From contig OY970166.1 of NCBI GenBank assembly GCA_963706595.1, forward strand, positions 896,001 to 960,000: a stretch of 64,000 bases of DNA, given 5' to 3'. This DNA is from an uncultured cyanobacterium (GTDB taxonomy: Bacteria > Cyanobacteriota > Cyanobacteriia > Cyanobacteriales > Nostocaceae). Under the pieces are notes generated by a model. It did no database searches and was not told the DNA's origin. It worked only from the letters and a program-made list of their open reading frames with translations. Both the position numbers and the translations under genes were made by a program. Numbering within the stretch: position 1 is the first letter of the stretch; every line of letters begins with the position of its first letter. Positions 1 through 11,625 of this stretch are shown one piece after another.

Positions 1-337
1 CACTGCTGGGTAGGGTTTCTTGGTAGTTTGTCATACAGATTTTTTCCCGATTTTGTTACTGTTTCTCTACACATACTTTATCGCCTGTGAGGAAGGTTAG
101 TTATAGCTGGTTCGCAGAATATTTTAAACTAGGCGATCGCAGTCATACAATTTTAGATTTTAGATTTTAGATTTTGGATTGATTTCACAGATCAATCTGA
201 GGGCTTATACAACTCAGGAAGTATTGGTCATAAATATGACATTTTATTTTGGCGAAAATTACCTGTAAGATAATTCTTACTGCACCTAAATTAAACAAAT
301 AGTGCAGCACCGCAAAAGTTTCAGGATGTGCTATAAT

Positions 338-1387
338 ATGTCCTCTTTATCCCAAACTGTACAAAATCGTGATGTCCGTCAATTGGGTATTAACCCCAAT
401 CACTGGTATGTGGTTGCACGTAGTAGCGAAGTAACCAATAAGCCGATAAATGTGGTAATTTGGCAACAGGCGATGGCACTTTATCGAGACAGTGCAGGTA
501 CAATTCACGCCCTGGAAGACCGTTGTCCCCATCGCCAAGTTAAACTCAGTCACGGGCAAGTAATTGGCAACGAATTAGAATGTGCATATCACGGTTGGCG
601 CTTCAATTCCGCCGGTGAATGTGCGGCGGTTCCCTACTTAGCAGAAAATCAGAAATTACCCACTTGTCAGATTCGCCATTACCCAGTTAAAGAACAAGAT
701 GGATTTATTTGGTTATTTCCTGGAGATACTGAACCATCTGTAGAACCTCTGGGTTTACCAGAATGGGAACATCTCAATTATATTGCCACAGTTTCAGTGA
801 TTAATACTCAAGCCCATTATTCTTATTTAATTGAGAATTTAATGGATATGTATCATGGGCATTTACATCAAGATTTGCAAGCATGGGCAGAAGCTTCTTT
901 ACAAGATATTGATGAAGATGGTCATCGTGTAGATGCTCATTATATAGCTCAAAGTTATTACAAAATTGATAAAATTTGGTCAATATCGCAGTTATTTTTT
1001 CCCGCACTGAGAAAATTACATCCTGAACCATTAGATGTGAGTTATGTTTATCCTCACTGGGTTTCCACCTTGGGTCAAGACTTTAAAATTTATTGTTTAT
1101 TATGTCCGATAAGTGAAACCGAAACCAAGGCGTATTTAATTCATTTTACATCATTAAATTCCTTTTGGAGATTGCATAAATTGCCTGTGTGGTTTCGGCG
1201 ATTTATTAAAGATAGTTTATTTGGTGCAGCGCAAAAGTTACTTGATGGTTTGGTAGTTCAAGATGTAGAAATGATTGAAGAAGAACAGCAGGCGTATTTG
1301 CAGAATCCCCAAAGGCGAAATTATGAGTTAAATCGGGCGTTGGTAAGTGTGCAGCGTTTGATGCGGAATCAGGTAGAGCAGGGGTAA
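338..1387 (+). CDS. Rieske non-heme iron oxygenase alpha subunit (VanA/PaO-like)
   Basis: Rieske motif CPHR...CAYHGW and mononuclear Fe motif ENLMDMYHGHLH. ATG at 338 preferred over GTG at 302. Confidence 0.9.
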   Translation: MSSLSQTVQNRDVRQLGINPNHWYVVARSSEVTNKPINVVIWQQAMALYRDSAGTIHALEDRCPHRQVKLSHGQVIGNELECAYHGWRFNSAGECAAVPYLAENQKLPTCQIRHYPVKEQDGFIWLFPGDTEPSVEPLGLPEWEHLNYIATVSVINTQAHYSYLIENLMDMYHGHLHQDLQAWAEASLQDIDEDGHRVDAHYIAQSYYKIDKIWSISQLFFPALRKLHPEPLDVSYVYPHWVSTLGQDFKIYCLLCPISETETKAYLIHFTSLNSFWRLHKLPVWFRRFIKDSLFGAAQKLLDGLVVQDVEMIEEEQQAYLQNPQRRNYELNRALVSVQRLMRNQVEQG

Positions 1388-1401
1388 TTACTCATGAAAT
1401 T

Positions 1402-1746
1402 ATGGAAGCAAAACCAAGAGAGATTCGGCGTTACATTACAGCTAACGGCAAAATTACTTTCGCAGAATGGCTAGATGGGCTGCGAGATAGGAGAGCTAAA
1501 GCTAAAATTAAAGAGAGGCTAAAACGAGTTAGTCTTCGTAATCTGGGAGATTATAAGTCAGTAGGAGAGGGTGTTTTTGAACTCAGGATTAATTATGGTT
1601 CTGGCTACCGAGTCTACTTTGGACAAATAGGAACAACAATTGTGCTTCTGCTGTTGGGTGGAGATAAAAGCAGTCAAGAAAAAGATATTTGTAAGGCACA
1701 GGAGTATTGGACAGAATATGAAGAACGTGAAAATGCCGACCAGTGA
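1402..1746 (+). CDS. RelE/ParE-superfamily toxin (addiction module killer type)
   Basis: NLGDYKSVGEGVFELRINYGSGYRVYF and LLLLGGDKSSQEKDI motifs. Confidence 0.9.
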   Translation: MEAKPREIRRYITANGKITFAEWLDGLRDRRAKAKIKERLKRVSLRNLGDYKSVGEGVFELRINYGSGYRVYFGQIGTTIVLLLLGGDKSSQEKDICKAQEYWTEYEERENADQ

Positions 1747-2032
1747 TAGCTACCAGGATTATCTAATTGAATCACTTCAAGACCCTGAAGAGGCGGCTGC
1801 TTATATCGAAGCAATATTAGAAGTGGAAAATCCTGAGACTGAACTGTTAACCTCAGCCTTAAAAGATGTCATTGATGCACAGTTGAGAATTAATCATCTT
1901 TCTGCACAAGCAAACCTAAAGTGGGAAGAATTAAATCAAATGCTGTTAAAGAGTGGTGGTGCTGAAATATACAGTTTGCTAGGATTATTAGATGCTTTAG
2001 GATTTAAACTAGAGGTCAGAGAAAAATCATGA
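1733..2032 (+). CDS. Cognate antitoxin (addiction module antidote)
   Basis: Overlaps the toxin stop. N-terminus YLIESLQDPEEAAAYI, C-terminus LLDALGFKL. Confidence 0.8.
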   Translation: MPTSDSYQDYLIESLQDPEEAAAYIEAILEVENPETELLTSALKDVIDAQLRINHLSAQANLKWEELNQMLLKSGGAEIYSLLGLLDALGFKLEVREKS

Positions 2033-2105
2033 GGCTGAAGGTTCATCTCTATAAACTATTTACTGATAAGCAAACATTTAAACTACCTCAAAATCAGGAG
2101 TATTC

Positions 2106-2288
2106 ATGATGACAATAACTCCAAGTATTGAAGAAATCAAAACTATGATTTTTCAGCTACCAGTTGAAGAACTCATAACACTGATTTCTGAAATTGAAGA
2201 AAGGCTGGAAACCGTGACAATAATGCAACTGGCAGAAACTGGATTTCAGGAATGGAACGACCCAGAAGAAGATATTTACAATGACTAA
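2106..2288 (+). CDS. Small putative antitoxin
   Basis: 60 aa acidic protein ending EWNDPEEDIY that overlaps the downstream PemK-like toxin; AGGAG RBS. Confidence 0.7.
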   Translation: MMTITPSIEEIKTMIFQLPVEELITLISEIEERLETVTIMQLAETGFQEWNDPEEDIYND

Positions 2289-2631
2289 GCCTAAAATATT
2301 AGAAATCTGGCTAGTCCGGTTTCCTTTTAGTGATTTAACTTCTACAAAGCTGAGACCAGCCCTTGTGTTGGCTGAACATCGAGAAGATTTAATTATATTA
2401 GGTATTTTTTCCAAAATTCCTGTTGGCGAAATACGAGAAACTTGGGTTTTGATTTCAGATACACATCCTGATTTTTCACAAACAGGGCTGAAAAAAATAT
2501 CTTTAATTAGGGCTGATAAAATTGCCACGGTCAATGAATCGGTATTTCAAAGGCAGTTAGGAAGTTTACCATCAAATTTGTTGACTGTAGTACAAGCAGC
2601 TTTAAAGCGTTCGCTTAACATTTCAGTCTGA
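2281..2631 (+). CDS. PemK/MazF family toxin
   Basis: VRFPFSDLTSTKLRPALVL and TGLKKISLIRADKIATV motifs. Confidence 0.9.
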   Translation: MTKPKILEIWLVRFPFSDLTSTKLRPALVLAEHREDLIILGIFSKIPVGEIRETWVLISDTHPDFSQTGLKKISLIRADKIATVNESVFQRQLGSLPSNLLTVVQAALKRSLNISV

Positions 2632-2659
2632 AACTAGGGGCAAAATTCCTTATTTGATA

Positions 2660-3253
2660 TTAATCATCACTTTTCAAACACCCTCTTAAACCAGCGCGTT
2701 GAAAGATATTATGGGGAGTAATTTCTAATTCTGGTAATGCTTCATGACTAATGATTTGATTATCTCGAAAGGTGAGAGGAAGAGAAGAAGCTGTAAAGAG
2801 AGTAATAGTTTGAGATATTGTATCTACTATCCAAACTAGAAAAATTCCAGCTTGAAGATAATAAGTAGCTTTTTCAATCATGTCTCCAAAAGTTTGACCA
2901 GGAGAAATAATTTCGATAACTAATTCTGGGATAACAGGACAAGCTTCATCTTTCAGCCAGTCAGCAGGAAGACGATTATAGGAAATGTATGTTAAATCAG
3001 GTACAGGTATCCAATTTTCTTGATTTCTTGTTAATTTTATCCCCCATTCCACGACAACACGACCTTTTTCTTGCGCCCATGTGGATAATAGGATAAATAA
3101 TGCTCCTGTGGTTGCGCCATGAAAAAATTTAGGAGACATTTGCTCATTTTTATATTTCGGTACAGCTTCACCGTCAACAAACTCATAAGCAAGTTCACTT
3201 TCGGGAAGTGCAAGAAATTCTTCGAGAGTGAGTTTGGTTTTTAGTTGAGTCAT
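2660..3253 (-). CDS. Uma2 family endonuclease
   Basis: LTLEEFLALPE, VPDLTYI, PELVIEIISP, YLQAG..VWIVD. Confidence 0.9.
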   Translation of the reverse strand: MTQLKTKLTLEEFLALPESELAYEFVDGEAVPKYKNEQMSPKFFHGATTGALFILLSTWAQEKGRVVVEWGIKLTRNQENWIPVPDLTYISYNRLPADWLKDEACPVIPELVIEIISPGQTFGDMIEKATYYLQAGIFLVWIVDTISQTITLFTASSLPLTFRDNQIISHEALPELEITPHNIFQRAGLRGCLKSDD

Positions 3254-3327
3254 GCTTAGTTTTGGTGGGTTTAATATTCCCGACTTCTATGATAACTAAA
3301 GTTCGGTTTAGACCCGGATTTCTCACG

Positions 3328-3949
3328 GTTTCCATCCCCGTTAGGGGAAGAGGTTATGGAAAGTAAAGCTAGTTTTATAGCGAGGAAGTTATGAAAAAGG
3401 TTTCCATCCCCGTTAGGGGAAGAGGTTATGGAAAGAAACCGATAAGGAATACCAGGTGCGTGCGGAGAAATATCGTTTCCATCCCCGTTAGGGGAAGAGG
3501 TTATGGAAAGTCACAGGCAATCAAGTAGACTGCTTTGCCTTCTCACCGTTTCCATCCCCGTTAGGGGAAGAGGTTATGGAAAGTACCAACACTAGAGGAG
3601 ATGGAGTGTTTGAATGAAGTGAAAGTTTCCATCCCCGTTAGGGGAAGAGGTTATGGAAAGTCTACTGTTTGGACATATTACAGCAGTAGCTTACTGTGGT
3701 TTCCATCCCCGTTAGGGGAAGAGGTTATGGAAAGACGGTGGAAACGCAACGGCCAACCCCACCGCTAACGTTTCCATCCCCGTTAGGGGAAGAGGTTATG
3801 GAAAGTTGAACAAGCGCATACATTCGCCAAAAAACTAAAGTTTCCATACCCGTTAGGGGAAGAGGTTATGGAAAGTCGGCTTTAAGCGCTGAAAAGATTC
3901 TTGAGGGTGTGAAGTTTCCATCCCCGTTAGGGGAAGAGGTTATGGAAAG
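3328..3949 (-). CRISPR. Orphan CRISPR array, 9 repeats (36 bp) and 8 spacers (34-41 bp)
   Basis: Repeat GTTTCCATCCCCGTTAGGGGAAGAGGTTATGGAAAG starts at 3328, 3400, 3475, 3548, 3625, 3699, 3770, 3840 (one C>A) and 3914. On the minus strand it ends ...GGAAAC with a TCCCC-TAAC-GGGGA hairpin. Confidence 0.98.
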
Positions 3950-4200
3950 AGTTCACTTCTGGAAGCCTTGCTAGGAAGGAGTTTCAACCCCCCTAATCGA
4001 CACCAGTTTTTGCAGTGTCAATAACTCCCAACAAATTCTCAATAGCTCGTGAACTTTACAGGCTGGAAAGCTTACTGTGCAAGCAATCGACACCAGTTAA
4101 CGAAATTATGCGGTTTTCAAGGTTCGGGGGAGTGGTGTCGATGAGTTTTAACTCACCTCATAAAATGTAAAATATATAACCGGAAATTGTCAAGAAATTA
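3950..4200 (-). promoter_or_regulatory. CRISPR leader
   Basis: Non-coding flank with AATCGACACCAGTT repeated at 3995 and 4085, an inverted copy at 4133, then AT-rich sequence. Confidence 0.7.
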
Positions 4201-4419
4201 TAGCAATTTCTATTCAGGTGAGGTAGAAGCAGTAATAATTAAACGCAGATGGACGCAGATAAACGCGGATAGTGTTGTACTTTATTTTTCTTCCTACCTT
4301 TGCGCCTTTGCGTGAGACAAATTCATATTTAAAATCAGCAACGCCAGATAATTAACCCATATCATCACGCTTCTGCCTCAGACAAGGCAAAATAAAGATA
4401 GTAAGAGTGCCAAACTTCC

Positions 4420-5544
4420 ATGAGTTATTGCCTAAATTCCCATTGTCCCCAACCCGAAAATGCTGATGATGTCAAGTTTTGCTTGAGTTGTGGTTCCAAA
4501 TTACTGCTGAAAGACCGCTACCGCGCCATTAAACCTATCGGACAAGGTGGTTTTGGTAAAACATTCTTGGCTGTGGATGAGGATAAACCTTCTAAACCGC
4601 CCTGCGTAATTAAGCAATTTTACCCCCAAGCCCAAGGTACTAACACTGTGCAGAAGGCTGTGGAGTTATTTACTCTAGAAGCTGTACAGTTAGATGATTT
4701 GGGTCAACATCCCCAAATTCCCGCACTTCTGGCGTATTTTACTCAAGATGACAGACAGTATTTGGTACAGGAATTTATCGATGGGCAGAATTTAGCTGAG
4801 GAATTGGCACAAAATGGGGCTTTTAGTGAATCGCAGATATGGCAATTACTTAAAGATTTATTACCAGTTTTACAATTTTGCCATTCTAGAGGTGTGATTC
4901 ACCGGGATATTAAGCCGGAAAATATTTTACGCGATCGCAATGCTAAATTAGTCTTGGTCGATTTTGGTGCTTCTAAATCTGCCACGGCTACGGCTTTAAA
5001 TCAAACAGGTACGAGTATTGGTACTCCTGAATATGTCGCCCCGGAACAAATGAGAGGTAGGGCGCTTTTTGCCAGCGATATTTACAGTTTAGGTGCTACT
5101 TGTATTCGTTTATTAACTGCGCGATCGCCTTTCGATTCTTATGATATTAATCATGATACTTGGATTTGGCAGAAATTTCTCAAAAATCCTCTGAGTCTTC
5201 AATTACATCGCATCCTGGAAAAGATGCTAGTCAGTATCCCCATGCGGCGTTATCAAACAGCAGATGAAGTCCTCAAAGATTTAAATCAATCGCCAGCAGT
5301 CGCTACTCCATCGCCTACAGCAAAACCTAAATCAACACCCACTTCTGTGAATAAATCTTCTAGTCAAATTGATTTGGAACTGGAAGAAATGAAAAGTCAA
5401 TTTTTGGGTGGTGGTAAACCTCAAGCAAATCCAGCACAACCAGCAAAACCGATTTCTCCGCCTGCTAATAACAGCGTCATAGATAATGAGTTAGAAGAGT
5501 TAAAAGCTCAATTTCTGGGGAATAATAATTTACCAAATCAATAG
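4420..5544 (+). CDS. Ser/Thr protein kinase with N-terminal 4-Cys zinc ribbon
   Basis: GQGGFG, HRDIKPEN, DFG, APE. N-terminal C-x4-C...C-x2-C. Duplicated C-terminal IDxELEExKxQFLG. Confidence 0.95.
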   Translation: MSYCLNSHCPQPENADDVKFCLSCGSKLLLKDRYRAIKPIGQGGFGKTFLAVDEDKPSKPPCVIKQFYPQAQGTNTVQKAVELFTLEAVQLDDLGQHPQIPALLAYFTQDDRQYLVQEFIDGQNLAEELAQNGAFSESQIWQLLKDLLPVLQFCHSRGVIHRDIKPENILRDRNAKLVLVDFGASKSATATALNQTGTSIGTPEYVAPEQMRGRALFASDIYSLGATCIRLLTARSPFDSYDINHDTWIWQKFLKNPLSLQLHRILEKMLVSIPMRRYQTADEVLKDLNQSPAVATPSPTAKPKSTPTSVNKSSSQIDLELEEMKSQFLGGGKPQANPAQPAKPISPPANNSVIDNELEELKAQFLGNNNLPNQ

Positions 5545-5734
5545 TTACACGAATTTTTATCTCACGCAGAGGCGCAGAGGCGCAAGAGAAGAAATATGAG
5601 GAATAACCTAGTAAAATTAAGGAAGGTTTCTTCAGCGTCTATTGCAATTGTAAATTTTAGTTCTGCTGATAGAAGTCCGATTCGCATAAAAGCGAGTAAT
5701 CTGGGAAAATCAAGTCTGTCTATCTGCTAGGTAA

Positions 5735-7786
<2,052 letters not shown>

Positions 7787-7820
7787 GGAATCGTGAGTAA
7801 ATAGAATTTATCCAGAGGTA

Positions 7821-8645
7821 ATGGTATTATTTCCACAGCCTTTTGTTTCAGTAGTTATGAGTAAATCCAGTCGTTTTCTTGTTTCCCTATTAGCTGTAAT
7901 TATTGGATGGTGTCTCAACTTGACTCATCCTGCCATGGCCGCACCTTTATACCCAGTTGTCAGTAATACCCCCTTCACCCTGGCATACCTTGACCCTTCT
8001 CTGTTAGAAACATTACTTAAACGCAGTTATGTGATAGCAGTTGAAGATGCAAAAACTGCGGATGAGTCAGAAATTTATCCAAAACTGCAAGCTATTGCCA
8101 TCAACAATCCCAATTTAAAATGGAGAGATTACCAGGGTGAACAACAAGTATTAATGGTAACTTGGACATCCTGGAATGGCTATGATACTCAAGTGGGCTT
8201 ACCTATCGAATTAAGTCGAGAAACTTGGGTAACGGCGGCTCCTGAATTGAAAAACTTTGCCCAAACCTTAAACCTTGACTCAGAAAACCTGACCTTACGC
8301 CTAGAACAATATCTCGGTTTACCACCGCACAACGGTAAAACGAAATTTGTGCAAATGTGGGTGAATGCTGCGGATTTATTTCGCCCTTGTCCTGATGCAG
8401 AAATTAACGATACCAGCTGTGATGTCAACTTTGGTGACACTGTTGACCTGCAACATCAAAGTTGGATCAATAATTTACAGTTAGCCTCCTATGGTGAGAG
8501 GGGTTATCCTTGGACAAGATTAGGCTATGCCTATGATTGGGGCAGTCTGGAGGGTGAATTTGGCCCTAGTGAATTTGTGGTGAGAAAAGGAGCAAAAGTG
8601 ATGATTGAATCTGTGAAAAACACTGTAGACTACATCAAATCTTAG
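7821..8645 (+). CDS. Secreted hypothetical protein
   Basis: Signal peptide ending PAMA-A; YPWTRLGYAYDWG motif. The start may be ATG at 7857. Confidence 0.7.
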   Translation: MVLFPQPFVSVVMSKSSRFLVSLLAVIIGWCLNLTHPAMAAPLYPVVSNTPFTLAYLDPSLLETLLKRSYVIAVEDAKTADESEIYPKLQAIAINNPNLKWRDYQGEQQVLMVTWTSWNGYDTQVGLPIELSRETWVTAAPELKNFAQTLNLDSENLTLRLEQYLGLPPHNGKTKFVQMWVNAADLFRPCPDAEINDTSCDVNFGDTVDLQHQSWINNLQLASYGERGYPWTRLGYAYDWGSLEGEFGPSEFVVRKGAKVMIESVKNTVDYIKS

Positions 8646-8701
8646 AGGCTGTTTGAAAAGGTTTTAATTGTGATCTTATACACTGATTAATTCCTCAAAT
8701 T

Positions 8702-8890
8702 TAGAAGTTACGCATTGACAATTAACATTAAATATGTGTTGTCAAAACCATGTCTTTCGTAGGGGTTTAGCAATGCTAAAACCCTACAATTCTGGTCTAT
8801 TTACAATCAAAATAATCGGGGATAAAAGTTTGACCCGACGTATTTTATTGAAAGCATACCCTGATTAATTTGTAAAGTGCGTAAGTTCTA
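8702..8890. mobile_element. MITE-like element with TAGAA(G/C)TTACGCA terminal inverted repeats, containing a GTAG-REP palindrome
   Basis: TAGAAGTTACGCA at 8702 and TGCGTAAGTTCTA at 8878. Internal GTAGGGGTTTAGCAATGCTAAACCCTAC at 8759. Confidence 0.6.
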
Positions 8891-8973
8891 TAATTGAAGT
8901 ATACCAATGGCGGGCATCTTTGCTTGCACAACAAGAGTTTTATGATTTGTGTCTGTATACAAATTACAAATTT

Positions 8974-9891
8974 ATGCATCAAAGTTCCGGTCGCTGGCGT
9001 TTGGGTTTAGGATTATCGTTGTTGACGGTGTTTTTGTGGGGAATTTTACCCATTGCACTGGCGGTAACTTTACAAGTTCTGGATGTCTACACAATTATTT
9101 GGTTCCGCTTTTTAGTGTCATTTTTGCTACTGGCTGTGTTTTTAGGGGTGCGGGGTAAATTACCCAACTCTCAACAATTGCGCTCTAGTTCTGGTAAATT
9201 ATTAGCGATCGCCACTTTATTTTTAGCATTAAATTACTTCCTATTTATGCAAGGTCTAGCGTTAACATCACCCGCTAACGCTCAAGTTCTGATTCAATTA
9301 GCCCCCCTGTTATTAAGTTTTGGTGGTTTAGTAATTTTTCAAGAACGTTATACACTGTATCAATGGATTGGTGTCAGTATTCTCACCTCCGGTTATATTG
9401 TCTTTTTTCGTGAACAACTCACAAATTTAATCACATCACAGGGGACTTATATTTTCGGTAGTGGTTTGATTTTTTTGGGCGCGGTGGCTTGGGCGATTTA
9501 TGCTTTGTCTCAAAAGCAGTTATTGCAATCTTTATCTTCCGCTAACATCATGCTAATTATTTACGGCGGATGTGCTTTGTTATTCACTCCATTTGCTAAA
9601 CCAGAAACAATTCTTTCTTTGAATAGTTTCTCTTTCCTGATTTTGCTATTTTGTGCTTTAAATACTTTAGTTGCTTATGGGGCTTTTGCAGAATCATTAG
9701 AACATTGGGAAGCATCAAGAGTCAGTGCTGTTTTAACTTCCGTTCCCATTGTTACTCTCAGTTCAGTTGCTCTTGTCTCAAGCTTTTTACCTGATTTAAT
9801 TCCCACAGAAAGCCTCACTTTAATTGGCATATTTGGCGCATTTTTAGTAGTAACTGGTTCTATAGCGATCGCATTGGGAAAAAACGATTGA
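8974..9891 (+). CDS. DMT/EamA family transporter
   Basis: About 10 hydrophobic helices in two EamA-like halves. Confidence 0.9.
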   Translation: MHQSSGRWRLGLGLSLLTVFLWGILPIALAVTLQVLDVYTIIWFRFLVSFLLLAVFLGVRGKLPNSQQLRSSSGKLLAIATLFLALNYFLFMQGLALTSPANAQVLIQLAPLLLSFGGLVIFQERYTLYQWIGVSILTSGYIVFFREQLTNLITSQGTYIFGSGLIFLGAVAWAIYALSQKQLLQSLSSANIMLIIYGGCALLFTPFAKPETILSLNSFSFLILLFCALNTLVAYGAFAESLEHWEASRVSAVLTSVPIVTLSSVALVSSFLPDLIPTESLTLIGIFGAFLVVTGSIAIALGKND

Positions 9892-10032
9892 CCTTTTTTT
9901 GAATTGTTTTGAAGACAACAATTTAAATGATAATTAGAGCCGGAAGGTGTGGAAATAACATCAAAGCCAACATATTGATATTCATTTGTTAAAATAGAGT
10001 TTTAAAAGATACTTTTTTTCATCAACTTATTT

Positions 10033-10187
10033 AACGTGAGTTCGACGGAACCTAACCCCAACCCCTTCCCTTGTAGGGAAGGGGCAAAAATCTCTAACGT
10101 GGTACGAAATAATAGGCTTTTTAAGCCTCTCTCCTTGCCGGGGAGAGGTTTGGAGAGGGGTCATATCCAGCTTATCGAACTCACGTT
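10033..10187. mobile_element. MITE, 155 bp, 13-bp terminal inverted repeats, TATTT target duplication
   Basis: TATTT|AACGTGAGTTCGA ... TCGAACTCACGTT|TATTT, with internal GC-rich hairpins. Confidence 0.8.
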
Positions 10188-10270
10188 TATTTAAAACTCC
10201 TACAACTTTGGTGAGGTTCGCCCTGGTGCTAACCCCCCACAGAAGCATTTAGATTCTAGGGAAGAAGATA

Positions 10271-10879
10271 GTGAGGGTGCTTTTTAGCTTTGTACACCTG
10301 GATTCTTTTGTGAGAGCGCCAACTTTTACAATTACCATGAAAGACGGCAGCACAGTCGAAGCCGGAGTAATTGGGAACCGCGAGATGGTGGGAATCAATG
10401 CTTTCATGGGCGGGACTGAGACCACGCAGACCGAGTATATTGTACAGCTTGCCGGTGATGCAATCAAAATGAAGGCGGAACCTCTGCGAAAAGAATTCGA
10501 CCAAAACAAGCAACTGCGGGATGTGATGTTAAAATACACCCAAGCTTTTATCGCGCAGATTTCGCAGAACGTCGCTTGTAACCGCCTCCATACTATAGAA
10601 AAACGCTTTGCTCGTTGGCTGCTGGAGTCCAGTGACCGTATCCAATCAAATGAACTCGACCTGTCCCAAGAGTTTATCTCCCACATGCTGGGTGTGCGTC
10701 GCTCTGGCGTTACCGAAACTGCTCGCCACGTGCAAGAGAAAAGCCCCATCACATACAGCCGCAAGAAAATCAAAATCGTTGACCGCCAAGGCTTAGAACA
10801 TATTTCCTGTGAGTGTTATGAGACACTCAAAGATGAATACAACCGCTTGCTCAAGTTTAATCTCAGAGAAAATCGCTGA
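10271..10879 (+). pseudogene. Crp/Fnr family regulator, apparently N-terminally truncated
   Basis: Similarity begins at DGSTVEAGVIG. QNVACNRLHTIEKRFARWLL and HTH SQEFISHMLGVRRSGVT are present, but the start of the cNMP-binding domain is missing. Confidence 0.65.
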
Positions 10880-10897
10880 TTTTTTCAGAGAAAAATT

Positions 10898-11374
10898 TTA
10901 GGTAAGGGTTAAAACGTTAGATTCATGACTTTTATTCTCAGTAATCTCATGGATGAGCCACCGCCAAGCTGTGAACTGGCCTTTAACGTCGCAAAGAGGT
11001 GCGACAGTTAGAGCCGCATCAAAAGGCTGACTATGACGGGGCTGTATGCTTAATCTCCACTCCTGTAGGTACTTCAATTCACTATTTACCATCTGGATGA
11101 GTTTTAAACGAAATTTCTGGCGGTCTTCTATTTGTATAAAACAGACTAACAATTTGTTAACTAAAAATGCTCGTTGAAGATTGAAGAGTTTGCTAGCAGC
11201 ACTATTGGCTTCCTGAATTTTTCCCTGTGTATTAGTTACTAGGTAAGCATTGGGGATAAACTCAAACAGTTCTTGGTAGCGATGATATTCGGCTCTGACT
11301 CGTGCTTGAGCGATCGCCAACTTTTGAGTTTGCTGGTATAGTTTGTTTGTAGCTATTTCTCGGTTCATCGTCAA
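10898..11374 (-). CDS. Stand-alone PAS domain protein (possibly a relic)
   Basis: RYQELFEFIPNAYLVTNTQGKIQEANSAA; no output domain. Confidence 0.65.
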   Translation of the reverse strand: MTMNREIATNKLYQQTQKLAIAQARVRAEYHRYQELFEFIPNAYLVTNTQGKIQEANSAASKLFNLQRAFLVNKLLVCFIQIEDRQKFRLKLIQMVNSELKYLQEWRLSIQPRHSQPFDAALTVAPLCDVKGQFTAWRWLIHEITENKSHESNVLTLT

Positions 11375-11625
11375 TAAATAGTGGAATCTGAACTTAAACC
11401 CCCGAATAAAAGTAGTGCATGGGTGAAAAATTACCCTGGATTAATTTGCTCAAACTTTCTCAGACATCGGAGGTTAACTAAATTTGAGTAGTATTTAAAT
11501 CCTAAAAAACTCAGCCAAACACTTCAGTACGATTCCGGACAAACTTATTGTGTGGGGAATGACTTAATTTTGGGACATCCTTAATTGTTAAAGTTAAATT
11601 ATCTGTTAGAATAAAATATTTTACT

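Noticed and set aside
1..34. Possible gene start on the minus strand (MTNYQETLPSS)
   Set aside because: Only 11 codons are in the window; cannot be identified
10027..10248. 73-aa ORF
   Set aside because: Lies over a MITE; spurious
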